Assembly (NCBI GenBank): GCA_002633005.1
Contig: NMRA01000065.1
Span: 482,648-546,647, forward strand
Reading direction: 5' to 3'
Length of the DNA stretch: 64,000 nt
Origin: Phoronis australis
Taxonomy: Eukaryota > Animalia > Phoronida
How positions within the stretch are numbered: position 1 is the stretch's first letter; each line of letters opens with the position of its first letter. Shown one piece after another: positions 13,583-26,200 of the stretch. A model generated the notes under the pieces. The model was not told where the DNA came from. It was given only the letters and a program-made list of their open reading frames with translations, and did no database searches. A program made the translations under genes and the position numbers.

Positions 13583-14150
13583 GGACCATTGTCTGAACCT
13601 AAAGAAGAATGTTACAGTATTTCTCTACATATTTTGCACACCCTCATTTCACACATCCAAAATTATTTGCTGAAAATAACATCTCATCCCTCACTTATTT
13701 CTTTCCTCAGTCTGTGTTGCACTAATATCTACACAAAGCACCCTCGTTAATCCTAGTAATAGGTACCTCTTACACTCAGTTAATAAGGTCTGAACGCTTA
13801 ATTACTGTTAACTGAATAATGTTGACTATTGGTAGGCTGCATTTCATTAAATTCACATGGGCAGTTAGCAATGCTTGGTTCAGTACTCCGGTTTATTTCG
13901 CACACCTGTCAACTACGCAATCTCTATTTTCAGTTTATTTGGCACGTCGCATCAGGAAAATATAATTTATTTTCTGCAAAATCAGTGTAGACTTACCATC
14001 AATTTTAAAGAGGATTCTGGTCAATGTAATATAGTTTTCTTATTCTGAAAGGTATTTTGATCTTTTTAGCCGATTTTATGAAACAAACAATTCCTCAAGT
14101 TTCAAAATGGAAACATTGTATGCTTAAGTGGCTTGCACCTTATTGTGTTA

Positions 14151-14361
14151 CAGTAAAAACTCTTTAATTTGAGAAAAAAGTAATTGTCAAAATTTCACAT
14201 TTTTATCGTATTTCAAAGGTTTCTAAAGTTATTGTGGATGTACACAATTTTTCAAAACACGTTCTGTTTAAATAGCTATGGTACAGAGCTGGAATATGGC
14301 AAAGGGTCATTTTGGTTCACCTGTACAGTTAATTGTGTCCTAAATTGGTGAGATTTTACTG
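14151..14361. mobile_element. TA-flanked MITE with CAGTAAAA termini (Tc1/pogo-like, non-autonomous)
   Basis: TA|CAGTAAAAACTC ... GAGATTTTACTG|TA. Related ends at about 9300 and about 12010. Confidence 0.6.
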
Positions 14362-15873
14362 TATTTAGATAAATGCATGGGCTTGTTGGTCACGTTAAGT
14401 CTTGTCTTCACAACAATTTGTCATCTACAACATTGTAATCGATTTGCGTATGACTAGACACGGTGACTATGTAGATTGGTGTTCCAGCTCGATTTTTTTA
14501 GCTAAAAAGTTGAATGACTTGTTGACTGAAATCAAGCATATTTGTTTTGCTTCAGTTTTCAATCCGCTTGAGAAAAATCGTATCTGACTTGTATGTTGTC
14601 ATGTACCAGTTCGATACAAAGTGGTGTACTCAAAATTAGCTTGTGTAGACAGAGATTTAGACATGATATTTTGGTACTACATTTGATGTTTTTCTAGCTG
14701 TGACAAATTACTAAATGCTATGTTTTAAATGCAATGTATCTTCTTATTGTCCATCATAGTTCATAGATGCTAGTTAATTCTTTATGTCAATCAAAAGAAA
14801 GTTAAGAAAGTAGGCGTGGCTTAGGACTTGTTTGTGATCTACCTGGTTCTGTTTGCTCTGCCATGTTTGCTTAGATCTCACAGCAGTGCTTTCAGTTGCT
14901 GAGGAGGGATCTCAGAGTATTCACAGTGCTACCATATGTACTAAAGCTGTGTATTGTTATTACACATATCCCACACAATAGGTTGGGCTGACTGGTGGAT
15001 AATTTGCCAGCATTATTTAATTTCTGCCTGAATACACAACCAATAAACACTACCACAAAGGTGTTCTCTTCAGCTATAAATAAATGGTGTTCTACACATG
15101 CAGCTTAGGAGCTTGGCCATAACAACTGGTCTGCACAGTGATGAGTGAAGGTCAGAGAGGTTTTGTTTGGGAAGGTTTGACAATACTATGATACTGTAGT
15201 CAGCTTTGTGGCATCCATGTTTTGACCCAGTTATTCACTGAAAGAAAAACCAGTGGTTAGTGGTTGGTGAAAACTAGTTTCACACTATCATAACTGCGTG
15301 GTATTGGTTTCATTTGTGGAAAATTTAGGAGTGGCTCATGATAGCATAGCAGCGTAAGTATGAAAGTTGGCTGTCGCCTGTTGGTTTCAATTTTGTTAGA
15401 TCTAAGAATATTCAGAAATATAGAAAGTTTTGTTTGCTATAGTACATCTGTTGGTTGGGTTTATTGTGCAGGTGCGGTATCGTTAGTCTCCTCATAAGTA
15501 ATATTATTCTCTGCAACTTGTTATGACTCGAAAGCAAGTAAGTAAGTAACGTTATTCTCCACAACTTTTTGTGGCTTGTAAGTAACGTTTTTCTACACAA
15601 TCTGTTGTGACTCGTAAGTAATGTTATTCTCCACAATCTGTTATGACTCGTGTGAGGTATCCTCGCAGAAACGAGCTTAGATTTTGCTGTGGCAAGTTTT
15701 TCTCACTTGTGTAGAGGTTTGCTCAATCCTCACATACGTGGGTGTGACAAGTTTGAAATTGTACGTGATTAACAGTCCTTTATGTAGTATATTTGGATGT
15801 TGATCTACTATTATTTAGCAGCAAATCAGTGCATGTAGACTCCTAGGTCACTAAATACAATTCCTACAATGTA

Positions 15874-16040
15874 CAGTGGCGGATTTAGCGGGGTTGGCGG
15901 GCAAAAGGGCCATGGGCCCCCTAAAATTCTCCCAGATTCCATTTGGCAGTTCGGGGGTGCGAATGTCTGACAAACGAGCAAGTTCCTGGCTAATACTCTG
16001 CCCTGACCCTTCCCCCTAACTCAAAGTCTTGGATCCACAA
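15874..16040. mobile_element. CAGTGGCGGAT-family MITE, degraded right end
   Basis: Reverse-complement homolog of 53765-53922 (shared CCCCCTAAAATTCTC, GCAGTTCGGG, ATGTCTGAC, TACTCTGCCCTGACCC). Confidence 0.7.
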
Positions 16041-17767
16041 TGTGGATATGCATTTCCAACCTGTACTTGACTTAATCAATCCCCCTCAATTTTTTAGTTC
16101 TGGAGGCCACTGAAACAAAGCATTTCGGTAGTGAGTTTTATGGGTTAAATGTATTCCTTGGGCAGAACTTGGCTGCCATAAAATCAGAGTAAAATAATTG
16201 CCAAAATTGGTCTTTTTTCCTTTTTCAAAAGCTACGGTCACATTATTTTGAATGTACACATCAATTTTTCGGAATCATTGTCAGCTATGTATCGATCTTG
16301 AAATGTGATATACTTTTTTGGTGTTACTAAATGAAAATATGAAAAAAAAAGAAATTTTACTTGCAGGCCTTTATCCTGGATTTCAAAAGTAGGGTGTTCA
16401 AAATGGGGTTCCCAATATTCCAGGGCATCCATGATTCCGACGCGTAACCCCCCACCCCCAGCAATCCCCCCAAACACACAAATTTTTTACAAAAAATGCA
16501 TAGACGAAGGGTTTTACATCTAAGTTTACAAAGCATCTTTCTGCAGTGAGCATTTTCCCTAAAAAAACTGTAGACGAAGACTTGTGCAATGCTATCAACC
16601 ACCAAGTGTGAGTGTAGCAACATTGTATGTACTTTGTATACAAAGTATATGCATNCCTCGCAAAATCCTATTATTATAACGTTTCTTACCATTGCAGCGT
16701 TTTAATATCTTATTACCGCAAACACTGAGGTTAACGACTATGCTCACGCACAAGCCTACTCCCTACCTTTAAAGTGTTTCATAATAAGCGCTCACTGATT
16801 TATCAAAAGTCCCCCCTTATTTTGAGAATTTCCGATTAATCGCCCACAGTTCAAGCTAGCGCCCATCATAGCGCACTACAAACGACCGCGTGTGGTTTAA
16901 AATTGACACGCAGCTTATATGACGTGTCACTTTCATTTTACACAACTTCAGTTTTCAAAAACATCTTTTCACAATATGTAAAAACCAAATCCCGGCTTTG
17001 TTTTATACCTCAGAAAGAAAGCTAACACTAGTGACATGCGTGTCGTTATATGAGTGACTTTCCTGTACTTGGAAGGTATTGAGGAGCAAACTCGCCATTA
17101 CCCGAATTACTTTGAATCCTTAACGACTTTGATGACAGCCAGTAGCAGGCCAGATGTAACAAAATCCCGGATACTTTTTCAACGGGCATTTCCTCCCTTT
17201 TCTCATCGCAAATTTAGCTACTCGAACGCACAAGTCAGTTAGAGAGCACTGATTCAACTTTCACGTCGGCAACTTGCCTTGTGCTCTAGAGTCTTTCAAT
17301 GGTGGTCGTGAAGAACAGTAAAGGCCGTACCTGCATGAATGAAGTCAATTTTGAGATCCGAAATTTGTATTTAACGCTGCAGGTAAGAGCATAATCTAAA
17401 CACTTTCTCGATGATCTAAAAAATCATTTTGGCGCATAAAAATGGTGGGAACATTTTGCGATCTGGCATTTACGAATGCGAGCTGGATTTTGAAAATGCG
17501 ACCTGGGATTTTGGCTAGGTCGCAAAATGCGACCTGGCGATTTTAATAGCGTCGAGCCCTGTTTAGAGTTCAGTAAAATTGACTTTTAAGTTATGACTGA
17601 CAAGTGATTAGCTCAGCTGCATTATCATCAACACTGACTGTTTGATTAAGGCTTGGCTTTAAGCATGTCAAATACCTACCTGGTGTAAATGGGTATGTGA
17701 CCTTGTTGAGAGTGACTGATAACCATAATATGGAAACAATGCTGGATCATGCATTGTGACCACAGTA

Positions 17768-18004
17768 CAGTAAAAGTTCTTCAATATTGGGAAACAAATG
17801 AAATTTTATTTTTTCAAGTTTTTCAACAAAAATAGGTTTTCAGGCAAATTTACTTTGATTTTAGCATGGTTTGTATGGTGTGTTTATTGCTGAACAGTGT
17901 TTGGTAAACTTTTGAGCATTTGCAACATTGTGGTAAGCCCCTGAAAAATAGAAATGTGGCATTTTTAGCAATTATTTTGGTCCCAAATTGGAGAATTTTT
18001 ACTG
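17768..18004. mobile_element. TA-flanked CAGTAAAA-terminus MITE
   Basis: TA|CAGTAAAAGTTCTTCAAT ... ATTGGAGAATTTTTACTG|TA. Confidence 0.65.
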
Positions 18005-18275
18005 TATACAAAATTATATCCTGCGCTGTGGTTATTGCCGATCTAAAATATTGAGAGATTAGTTGTTTCTAATAAGCAGATTACGACATTTTGGACCTTT
18101 GTCCCAATTCAATAGATTTGATCTTTCACACAAACTCCCCTCAGAATCAACATGTACTTTAGAACGTACTTTAATTTTTTAATTCCAGTTTGGATTTTCT
18201 GTAGTGAAGAGCACTGATTAGATTGTTCTCAATTATCGCCATTTTTATACCAGGATTTTCCATAGATAAGACCAT

Positions 18276-18682
18276 CCGATGAAATGCCCATGGGCGTTTA
18301 TTCAGAAAATTATGCCAAATACAGGCCCATGGGCATTTATTTGGTGTTATCAGTACAACTTCTGGCGTCAAGTGTCCAGAGAGTGGGGCATTTATTTGGA
18401 AATTTTTCTCTTAAAAGCCCAATCACCGTCAACTTTTTGTCACAAATTCAGTTTTGTGGAGCATTTATCAATTATAAAAATGAACAAGGTGTTGGCGAAC
18501 TATGCATTTAACATAAAATTTAAAAAATGCAGTTTTAAATAAAAAATGTCAAAGTCAGCAAAACTATGGCTTTCCAGTTACACGTCCTCTTTTCCGAATA
18601 AATGCCCGGGCGTTTATTTTGTTTTGCTAAAATGGCTGAAATTTTTCATTTTCTGAATACACGCCCATGGGCTTATCTACGG
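18276..18682. mobile_element. Non-autonomous TIR element (CCGTA-type, Tc1/pogo-like)
   Basis: About 35-bp imperfect TIR: CCGATGAAATGCCCATGGGCGTTTATTCAGAAAAT versus the reverse complement of ATTTTCTGAATACACGCCCATGGGCTTATCTACGG, with TA on the right flank. Confidence 0.7.
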
Positions 18683-18850
18683 TAAGTGTATCAAATGCAT
18701 GCCTTCTCCTCCCATTTTCCCCGTAAATCTGTAAGATGGGGAATTTTTTTATGGTCAGTGTTGACACATTAGTACTTTTCAAATGTAATTGCTTGTGTTG
18801 GTCTCTACAGTGGTAAGTAAAACAATTATTTTCAAACGGTTCTTCAAATA

Positions 18851-20285
18851 CAGTTTTCGCCCTAATAAGCGCCCAGGGCACTTAGAAAAATTCATTTCGA
18901 GATGGGGGGTGCTTATGGCCTAAAGTGGTTGAAACCCGGTCTCTGAAATGGGAAAAATCGTAAGCTAGGATTCTTCAAATTTACACTGTGTGACATATCT
19001 GTAACCTATGACAGGCTTTCTACAAAATTGTGGGGCATTGCTATCAAATTTCGTTGTTTTATTACGATCATTTTTCAGAAAATTGTCCTGAAATCCCAGG
19101 ACGAAAACTCACCGACTGATACGTTGCGATCGTCGATAGGGCAACTTGAATCATTGAATAAAAATAGTTTTGACTTGACAAATTACCTGAAGTCCCCTTT
19201 AAGTTTCTCAAATAGCGTCCCCAAGATTTTTAAGTTCCTGTGGAGTCAGGATAAACTGTAATATAAGTCAAAATCTGCGCTAGATCGTTCCCTGCAGCAC
19301 AAGAAAATTTCTGGACAAACACACATGTTTTAGTCACGTTACGTTTGGTTTGAAGTTCGTGTGTGAGTGTGGGAGGGTGTGCGTGTCCATCAGAGTTCAT
19401 TTGCCAGAGTAAAAGCAATGTAACGATCTGGGTGTGCATTGTAACTAATGAAATTAGCACAAGCTGTAAATCAGAAAGTGTTTTATTTAGCACTTGTTGA
19501 TCTCATCTAAGAAAAACGTTCAAAAATTGTCTCGGTGAGTCGCCGGGTGACTGGATGCGTGACAGTCTTACAGTTATTTTCCGGGAGATTCTTGGGGGGG
19601 TGTAAGGGTGCGGACGTGCTGACTGTCAGTGGGTAATTTTGACTTTAAAAACACCAGTTATGATTAATTAAATATTTTCTCTTGAAAATAACACAAACAT
19701 TTTTACGGTATTAGAAACTTTCGGAAATTCGTGCCAATATTTATTTCTTGCCGATGTTGTGCTACCCGTGTCATGAATGGATAGTTCCCAATAAGTAATG
19801 TCTTCGATGACAGGTATGTAGTGCGTGCTTCGTCGCCACGTGCTTTTAATGTAGGTCAAGTTTTTATTAAACTTCGATTCACGGCTTTCACGTGTACAAA
19901 GTAACTTGGATTCCTGTTAAGAGAGAAGATACAATACCAATCCTGCGTCTGTTCTGAAGGGCCAGACCATAATGGGACACGTTCCTCGCAAGATCAGCAA
20001 ACCTTATGCATTGTTTTTGAAGTGCGACAGAAGTTTGAAGTGTATAGTCATGGTTAAATACCGACATAGCGGCGAGGATCGTGGTCTACAAATTCAGCGC
20101 ACAATGATTTTTTCAGGACTGTTCGATCTTATTGACAAATTGAAGATGTTACTGTAGAATTTTAGAACTATAGGTAAGGCATTTTTCGCATGTACGCGTT
20201 CAGGGTCTGGATGCTTATTTAAGCAAAGTCTGAAAACGCGTGGGGGGTGCTTATAGGGTATGGGCGCTTATTAGGGCGAATACGG
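18851..20285 (+). mobile_element. 1.4-kb TA-flanked TIR element carrying a degraded HIRAN-like ORF (about 19877-20157)
   Basis: TA|CAGTTTTCGCCCTAATAAGCGCCC ... GGGCGCTTATTAGGGCGAATACGG|TA (22/24 TIR match). Frameshifted peptide IHGFHVYKVTWIP ... VLKGQTIMGHVPRKIS..ALFL..GLQI. Confidence 0.75.
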
Positions 20286-20601
20286 TAGCAATGATATTTG
20301 CCATCTGTTATTAAAAAGTGGAAAACTGAACATTTTGGGTCAGTACTGATGTACTCAACTCAGAGGAATGCGGGTTGGGCGAGGCTAAGATTAAAAATTA
20401 TATTGGATCATAGGGCGAGGCCGTGAATGTGACTGTGAGCAATGGTCTCCTGCAAGATCACTAGCAAGTACTGCGGTACGATGTAGGTATCCATGTATGT
20501 ATTTTTGTCAAAGGAGAATACTGATTCCGAGTAATTACTGTTAGTAACACTAATTAAGATAATTTAGGACATATAATTGTTCTCCTCTGACCTGCGCACA
20601 G

Positions 20602-20820
20602 TGGTTTGTAGCTTTATTTGTGGTGGTGCTAGGAACTTGTGAAATATGATTTAGTCATCATGGGAATAAAACAATGGTTTGTAGCTTTATTTGTGGCGGT
20701 GCTAGGAACTTGTGAAATATGATTTAGTCATCATGGGAATATAACAATGGTTTGTAGCTTTATTTGTGGCGGTGCTAGGAACTTGTGAAATATGATTTAG
20801 TCGTCATGGGAATAAAACAA
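20602..20820. repeat. 73-bp tandem repeat, 3 copies
   Basis: TGGTTTGTAGCTTTATTTGTGG(T/C)GGTGCTAGG at 20602, 20675 and 20748. Confidence 0.9.
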
Positions 20821-22710
20821 TCTGCAAGCTCACTATGCAGTTATTAATTACTGTGAACTCACACCAGTTCATGACACAATATGGCGAACAAGAGAAATTT
20901 TATTTCTTCATTTTGCCATAAAAGATACGCAGCATCAAATTAATACTCTATCACCTACAAGGTCTGTGCCATAGTTGCCATAAAAAATATTTTGAAAAAA
21001 GTAGGCATTCATGACAATGTTTGAATTTAACCTTGAAAGAAGAATAATTTTGGCAATTATTTTTGTTCAAAATTGCCCACACCGGGTCAAATGATATTGT
21101 CAACCAATCATACAGGGTATAAATTCTTCTGTTGATGGATGCTATTTTGCAGGACTTTATTTTTGTCAAAATTCTCAAAAGGTATATGGGACCTGACTGA
21201 ACTGGTTAAAGTCTTGACAATACTCTCTGTTTAAGAGTGGCAATGCATCTAGTAACATCAGTCTGTTTACACCAATCTCTGGTCTTTTTACAGGGGCTAA
21301 TATTTATATAGACCAGAGGTTGGTGTAAATAGACAAGACATTTTAGGAGGAAGGTTGGCTTGGTACAAATAGCTAGATATAAATATCTTGATTTTTAATA
21401 CTCTGGGTAAAAGTTAGCTACATGTAGATGGAATCTGGCAAAACCTTAAAGACTTTAAAACTAACACCTTATGGCAGAACAGTGATATTTTATATTCATG
21501 TACAATTTTCAAACAGGAAGAAAGCTTTACTTCATTATATGAACAATTTACCTCTGCCATCGACAAACGAATCATGAAATTTTGAATATTTTAATCAATG
21601 TAGTGAGTTCTTGAAAAGGCATTAGAACTTGCATTTTTGATATAAGTCCGAAACTGAAACCAGACAAGACTAGTTTTCACAAAGTTTGTATTTTTTTCTG
21701 CAAACATGTGGAGGTCGTTGGCATTGATTTACATAGTTTCAGACTGTTCTAGAACACCATTTCTTAGTTAGGGTAAGGATAAGCAGCTTGGGTGATTTTT
21801 TTGTACCCGGGTCAAAGATCATGATTCATTTTGATGTAAAACACTAAGAAAACTTGGGTTTAATTTTCTAATCTCAGGTCTATCTACTTCAATGTTAAAA
21901 AATTCCAAGGGACTGACATAAACCGCATACATCACAAAGTACGACTGGTTATGTTTCACTTGAGATCTGGTGATTAGTGATTACCTACAGGAAAGGAGGC
22001 TTGAAAGTGTTTTATCACCTTGATTACGACACTCGTGAGTCCTGTTTTCTGCAGCGACTGATTGATTACTTCCTTTGTTTTGTCATCACGTAGTTCACGA
22101 CTGATCCGTGATTTTCTTCTCATTTTCCTCTTTTGGTCTTTGAGCACTACAATCACGAATATTCAGGCTTGTTTTCAGTACGATAGCTGTCATGTAAATT
22201 GTGATTAATATTGATGAATACGTACAAAACTAAATTGCCAACCAAGTTTTTCAAGATTCATGACACCTGTACAGTGCATCAGCGTTAATAATAAAGTCAG
22301 GTACATTCTCACCAATTTTGATTGAAAATAATTGCCAAAATTGCTCTAATTGATTTTCAAGGTCTTCTAAAATTGTCATGACTCTCCCAAATTTTTCAAA
22401 AATTTGTCTGGTGTTACCTAGCTGTCGCTTGAACATGGAAATCCATTTAATTTAGTGCTACATATGTTGCATAAAAATGATAAAATAAGATTTCAGTCGC
22501 CAGCCATATTGTGTCCTAAAATGTCTAGGTTTTACAGTAAACCTTTCTGTATCAAAAAAGTTTTGTTGAGAAGTTTGACATTTTGCATATCCACCATAAT
22601 GCATGCCAGGTCAGATTTACCACATTCGCCCAGTTTGGTTTGTACGAATTCATTTCAGGCTCATCATAAATGATCATTAATCTGATATCAGTATGATCAT
22701 ATATTCACAG

Positions 22711-23111
22711 CACCATTTATGGAAAAGCTCTTTTGATCATTGCTCAGTGATAAGACATCACAAATTATCACCATTTATGGAAAAGCTCTTTTGATCATTG
22801 CTCAGTGATAAGACATCACAAAGTATCACCATTTATGGAAAAGCTCTTTTGATCATTGCTCAGTGATAAGACATCACAAATTATCACCATTTATGGAAAA
22901 GCTCTTTTGATCATTGCTCAGTGATAAGACATCACAAATTATCACCATTTATGGAAAAGCTCTTTTGATCATTGCTCAGTGATAAGACATCACAAATTAT
23001 CACCATTTATGGAAAAGCTCTTTTGATCATTGCTCAGTGATAAGACATCACAAATTATCACCATTTATGGAAAAGCTCTTTTGATCATTGCTCGGTGATA
23101 AGACATCACAA
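22711..23111. repeat. 58-bp near-perfect tandem repeat, about 7 copies
   Basis: Unit CACCATTTATGGAAAAGCTCTTTTGATCATTGCTCAGTGATAAGACATCACAAATTAT; 22711 to 23001 = 5 units. Confidence 0.95.
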
Positions 23112-23611
23112 TTGATGGTGACACCTTGCATGAAAACTTGTGACTCTTTCACAACATACTAGATCATTAGCCTATACTCAGCACTTAGACAGAGCTGAAG
23201 GTCCACTGGAGGGTTTTTTACCACTTGGTGATAAAACAAAGGAATGGGAAAAAAATTCTTGTTCTGTATGTTAGTACTAACCAAATCAAATTCCCTTGAC
23301 ATGTTTGGAAGACCACAAAACAGTCTTACTGGTTCTATCTCACCTCTTTTTACCTTCCTCTAACAACAACGAATGAAATCGTCATCTTCTACCCTTAGTT
23401 TTTTACCTAATTTGGTGTACTGTCGTAGAGTGGCCCGAATGGCAGCCAATGAGACCAGTGAATGCTTACCATAGTTCACGAGTAGGTTGAAAAATGCAAA
23501 ATGACGAGTCTTTCAGTAAATAAGTTCTTTCGAGGGCTCGATTTCTGTGTAGTATAACTTTATATTTGCCGTATTAATTCTGGAGAAAAATGTGTTCAGG
23601 CGATTTCAGTT

Positions 23612-24070
23612 TCGGTGTGTGCGGGACTGCGGAGATGTACAATGTGAGTGTGTGTAGGACTGTGGAGATGTGCAGTGTGAGTGTGTAGGACTGTGGAGAT
23701 GTGCAGTGTGAGTGTGTAGGACTGTGAAGATGTACAATGTGAGTGTGTGTAGGACTGCGATGAACAATGTGAGTGTGTGTAGGACTGCGTAGACGTATAA
23801 TGTGAGTGTGTGTAGGACTGCGGAGATGTGCAATGTGAGTGTGTGTAGGACTGCGGAGATGTGCATTGTGAGTGTGTAGGACTGCGGAGATGTACAATGT
23901 GAGTGTGTAGGACTGCGTAGACGTACAATGTGAGCGTGTGCGGGACTGTGGAGACCTGCAATGTTGTGAGTGTGTGCGGGACTGCAGTGACGTACAATGT
24001 GAGCGTGTGCGGGATTGTGGAGACATGCATTGTTAGTGTGTGCTGGACTGCGGAAACGTGCAATGTGAGT
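23612..24070. repeat. GT-rich 29-33-bp minisatellite (GTGTGTAGGACTGCGGAGATGTACAATGTGA)n
   Basis: Direct reading. Source of the repetitive ORFs at 23574-24142. Confidence 0.9.
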
Positions 24071-24559
24071 ATGATGTATGCTACTCGAGTATATGCTTTC
24101 ACTGTGCAGACTTCCAACCCTGTTTAGGGGTTGGTTTGCCAACTAACTACTTCATACGAGTTCTTAGAATGGTTGCTATGAATTCACATAAAAATCTTTT
24201 ACGGTATATTGTGGATAACCAAAATTCCCTGTTTTTGAGTTTTACTTGATTTTCCCATTCTCACTTGGGTTGTGTCTATACGGGCATTTGCCCCAGAAAT
24301 AGGATGCTTTGGCGAAAGTGGCGGTGTGGACAAAAATTAAATTTTCGCCAATTGACGCTGGTGTTACTGCCACAATACCCCTGCTCACTGAGGTATTGTA
24401 GCATACACATGATCAGCTGTCCTCACAAAAATGTGTGGGGGACAGTGTAATTTCGGTTCAGGGATGAAGTGAGGTGCTTTCAGAGTAATGCACTCCATAC
24501 ACACACATCCAGTAGCCACTTACCTCTTGACACATTTGCCTTGACACCACCAACAAATT

Positions 24560-26200
24560 TGGTTTTTGGTCACTCAGATGATGGGTCCAAATTGCTGCTT
24601 GTTTCAAAGACTGGTTTCCAGTCCTATGGGGTTGATGACAGAGGGTGACGAGTTTCGGACCGACCCAAATACGGCTGTGCCCCCTAGTGGCAATTTTAGT
24701 TTTTCACGTTTGCCTCAGTATCTTCAAAGGTCCCGAGCCGATTTTCATGAAATTTGGTACATAGGCATCTATTAATGAGATGACGTTATCATGTCGTTTT
24801 CGGATGGTTTCGAATTATTCTGCGCCATCTAGTGGCCATTTTTACTATTTTCAAGTCCGCCCCTCTATCAACCAAACCACTCTAAGGATAATTATGAAAA
24901 TTTGCTTGTATGTTCTTACTATGAAGAGGACAGTTGACGATCGTTTTTAGATGACTTCAACTGCTGTAGCGCCTCCTAGTGGCAGTTTTCTACAGGATCT
25001 TTATTAAATGTAGCAAATGTATTTGTATGATGTTGACAACGGACGATGACATTTTTCGGTCAGATTGAACCACTGGTGTGCCCCCTAGTGCCAATTTTAG
25101 TTTTTTGACATTTACCTCTGTACCTTGAAAGGCCCTCAATGGATTTCCATAAAATTTGGCACATAGGTGACGCTATCTTCCCGTTTTCGGATGAATTCGA
25201 GGTATTTTGCATCAACTACTTGCCATTTTTATTGTTTTCAAGTCTACCAAACAAGGATGATTGTGAAAATTGTCATGTATGCTCTTACTTTGAAGAGGAT
25301 GATTGGCAATGATTTTCAGACTACTTCAACTTCTGTGGCACCTCCTAGTGACAGTTTTGCCTTTTTTTACGCCCATACCTGTATCTCCTAAGCCCTCTGC
25401 AGGATCTTTATTAAATTTGGCACATGTATTTATATGAAGTTAACAACGGCGACTTTCAGACGGATCCAACAAACACTGTGCCCCCTAGTGGCAATTTTCT
25501 GTTTTTTCTGTTTTACTGTTTCTCTACAGTTCCTCAACGAATTTTCGTGAAATTCGGTAAATAGCGTTCTTTTATACAAAAGGTGATATTTTCTGGTTTT
25601 CAGACAGATTTGACTTCTTTTACGCCATCTAGTGGCCATTTTTACTGTTTTTTGTCTGTTTTTTGGCGTCCACCGTCTGTCAACCAAACCACTCTTAGGA
25701 TGATTGTGAATATTGGCTCATATGATCTTAGTGTGAAGAGGATGGTTGACGATGGTTTTCTGACTTCAATTACTGTGGTGCCTCCTAGTGTCAGTTTTGT
25801 TTTTGTGCCCTGAGCTGTATCTCTTAAGCCCTCGGCATGATCTTTATCAAATTTAGCAAGTGTATTAATGAAGTTGACAACGGAAGACGACCACTTTCAG
25901 ACGGATCCGATGAACACTTCGCCCCCTAGTGGCAATTTCATTTTTTCCATTTTGCCCTGTTTCTCTACAGTTCCTTTCATGAAGGGTGGTAAATAGATTT
26001 TTGTTAAAAACGGTGACATTTTCCTGTTTTTTAATGGCTTCAAAGTGGCCATTTTTATGATGCAAATAAACACCCTAGAAGCACACCGTTTGCAGTACAT
26101 TTGTGGGCTCATTTCAACGCCCCGCGTTGCTCTTGCTTTATGCTAAAGATTGGCACATGGGCGTTCATCATGTTTCTCAAATACGGGACCCTTTGTTTTG
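24560..26200. repeat. Degenerate higher-order repeat (about 400-bp unit of three sub-units), each sub-unit with a CTCF-like motif; probably a non-autonomous TE
   Basis: GCCCCCTAGTG(G/C)CA at about 24677, 25078, 25478, 25919; GCCATCTAGTGGCC at about 24822, 25622; CCTCCTAGTG at about 24969, 25338, 25778. The flanking sequence is also repeated. Confidence 0.75.

Noticed and set aside
23574-24142. His/Thr/Ser-rich ORFs of 150-178 aa
   Set aside because: Translations of a minisatellite that is open in all three minus-strand frames.
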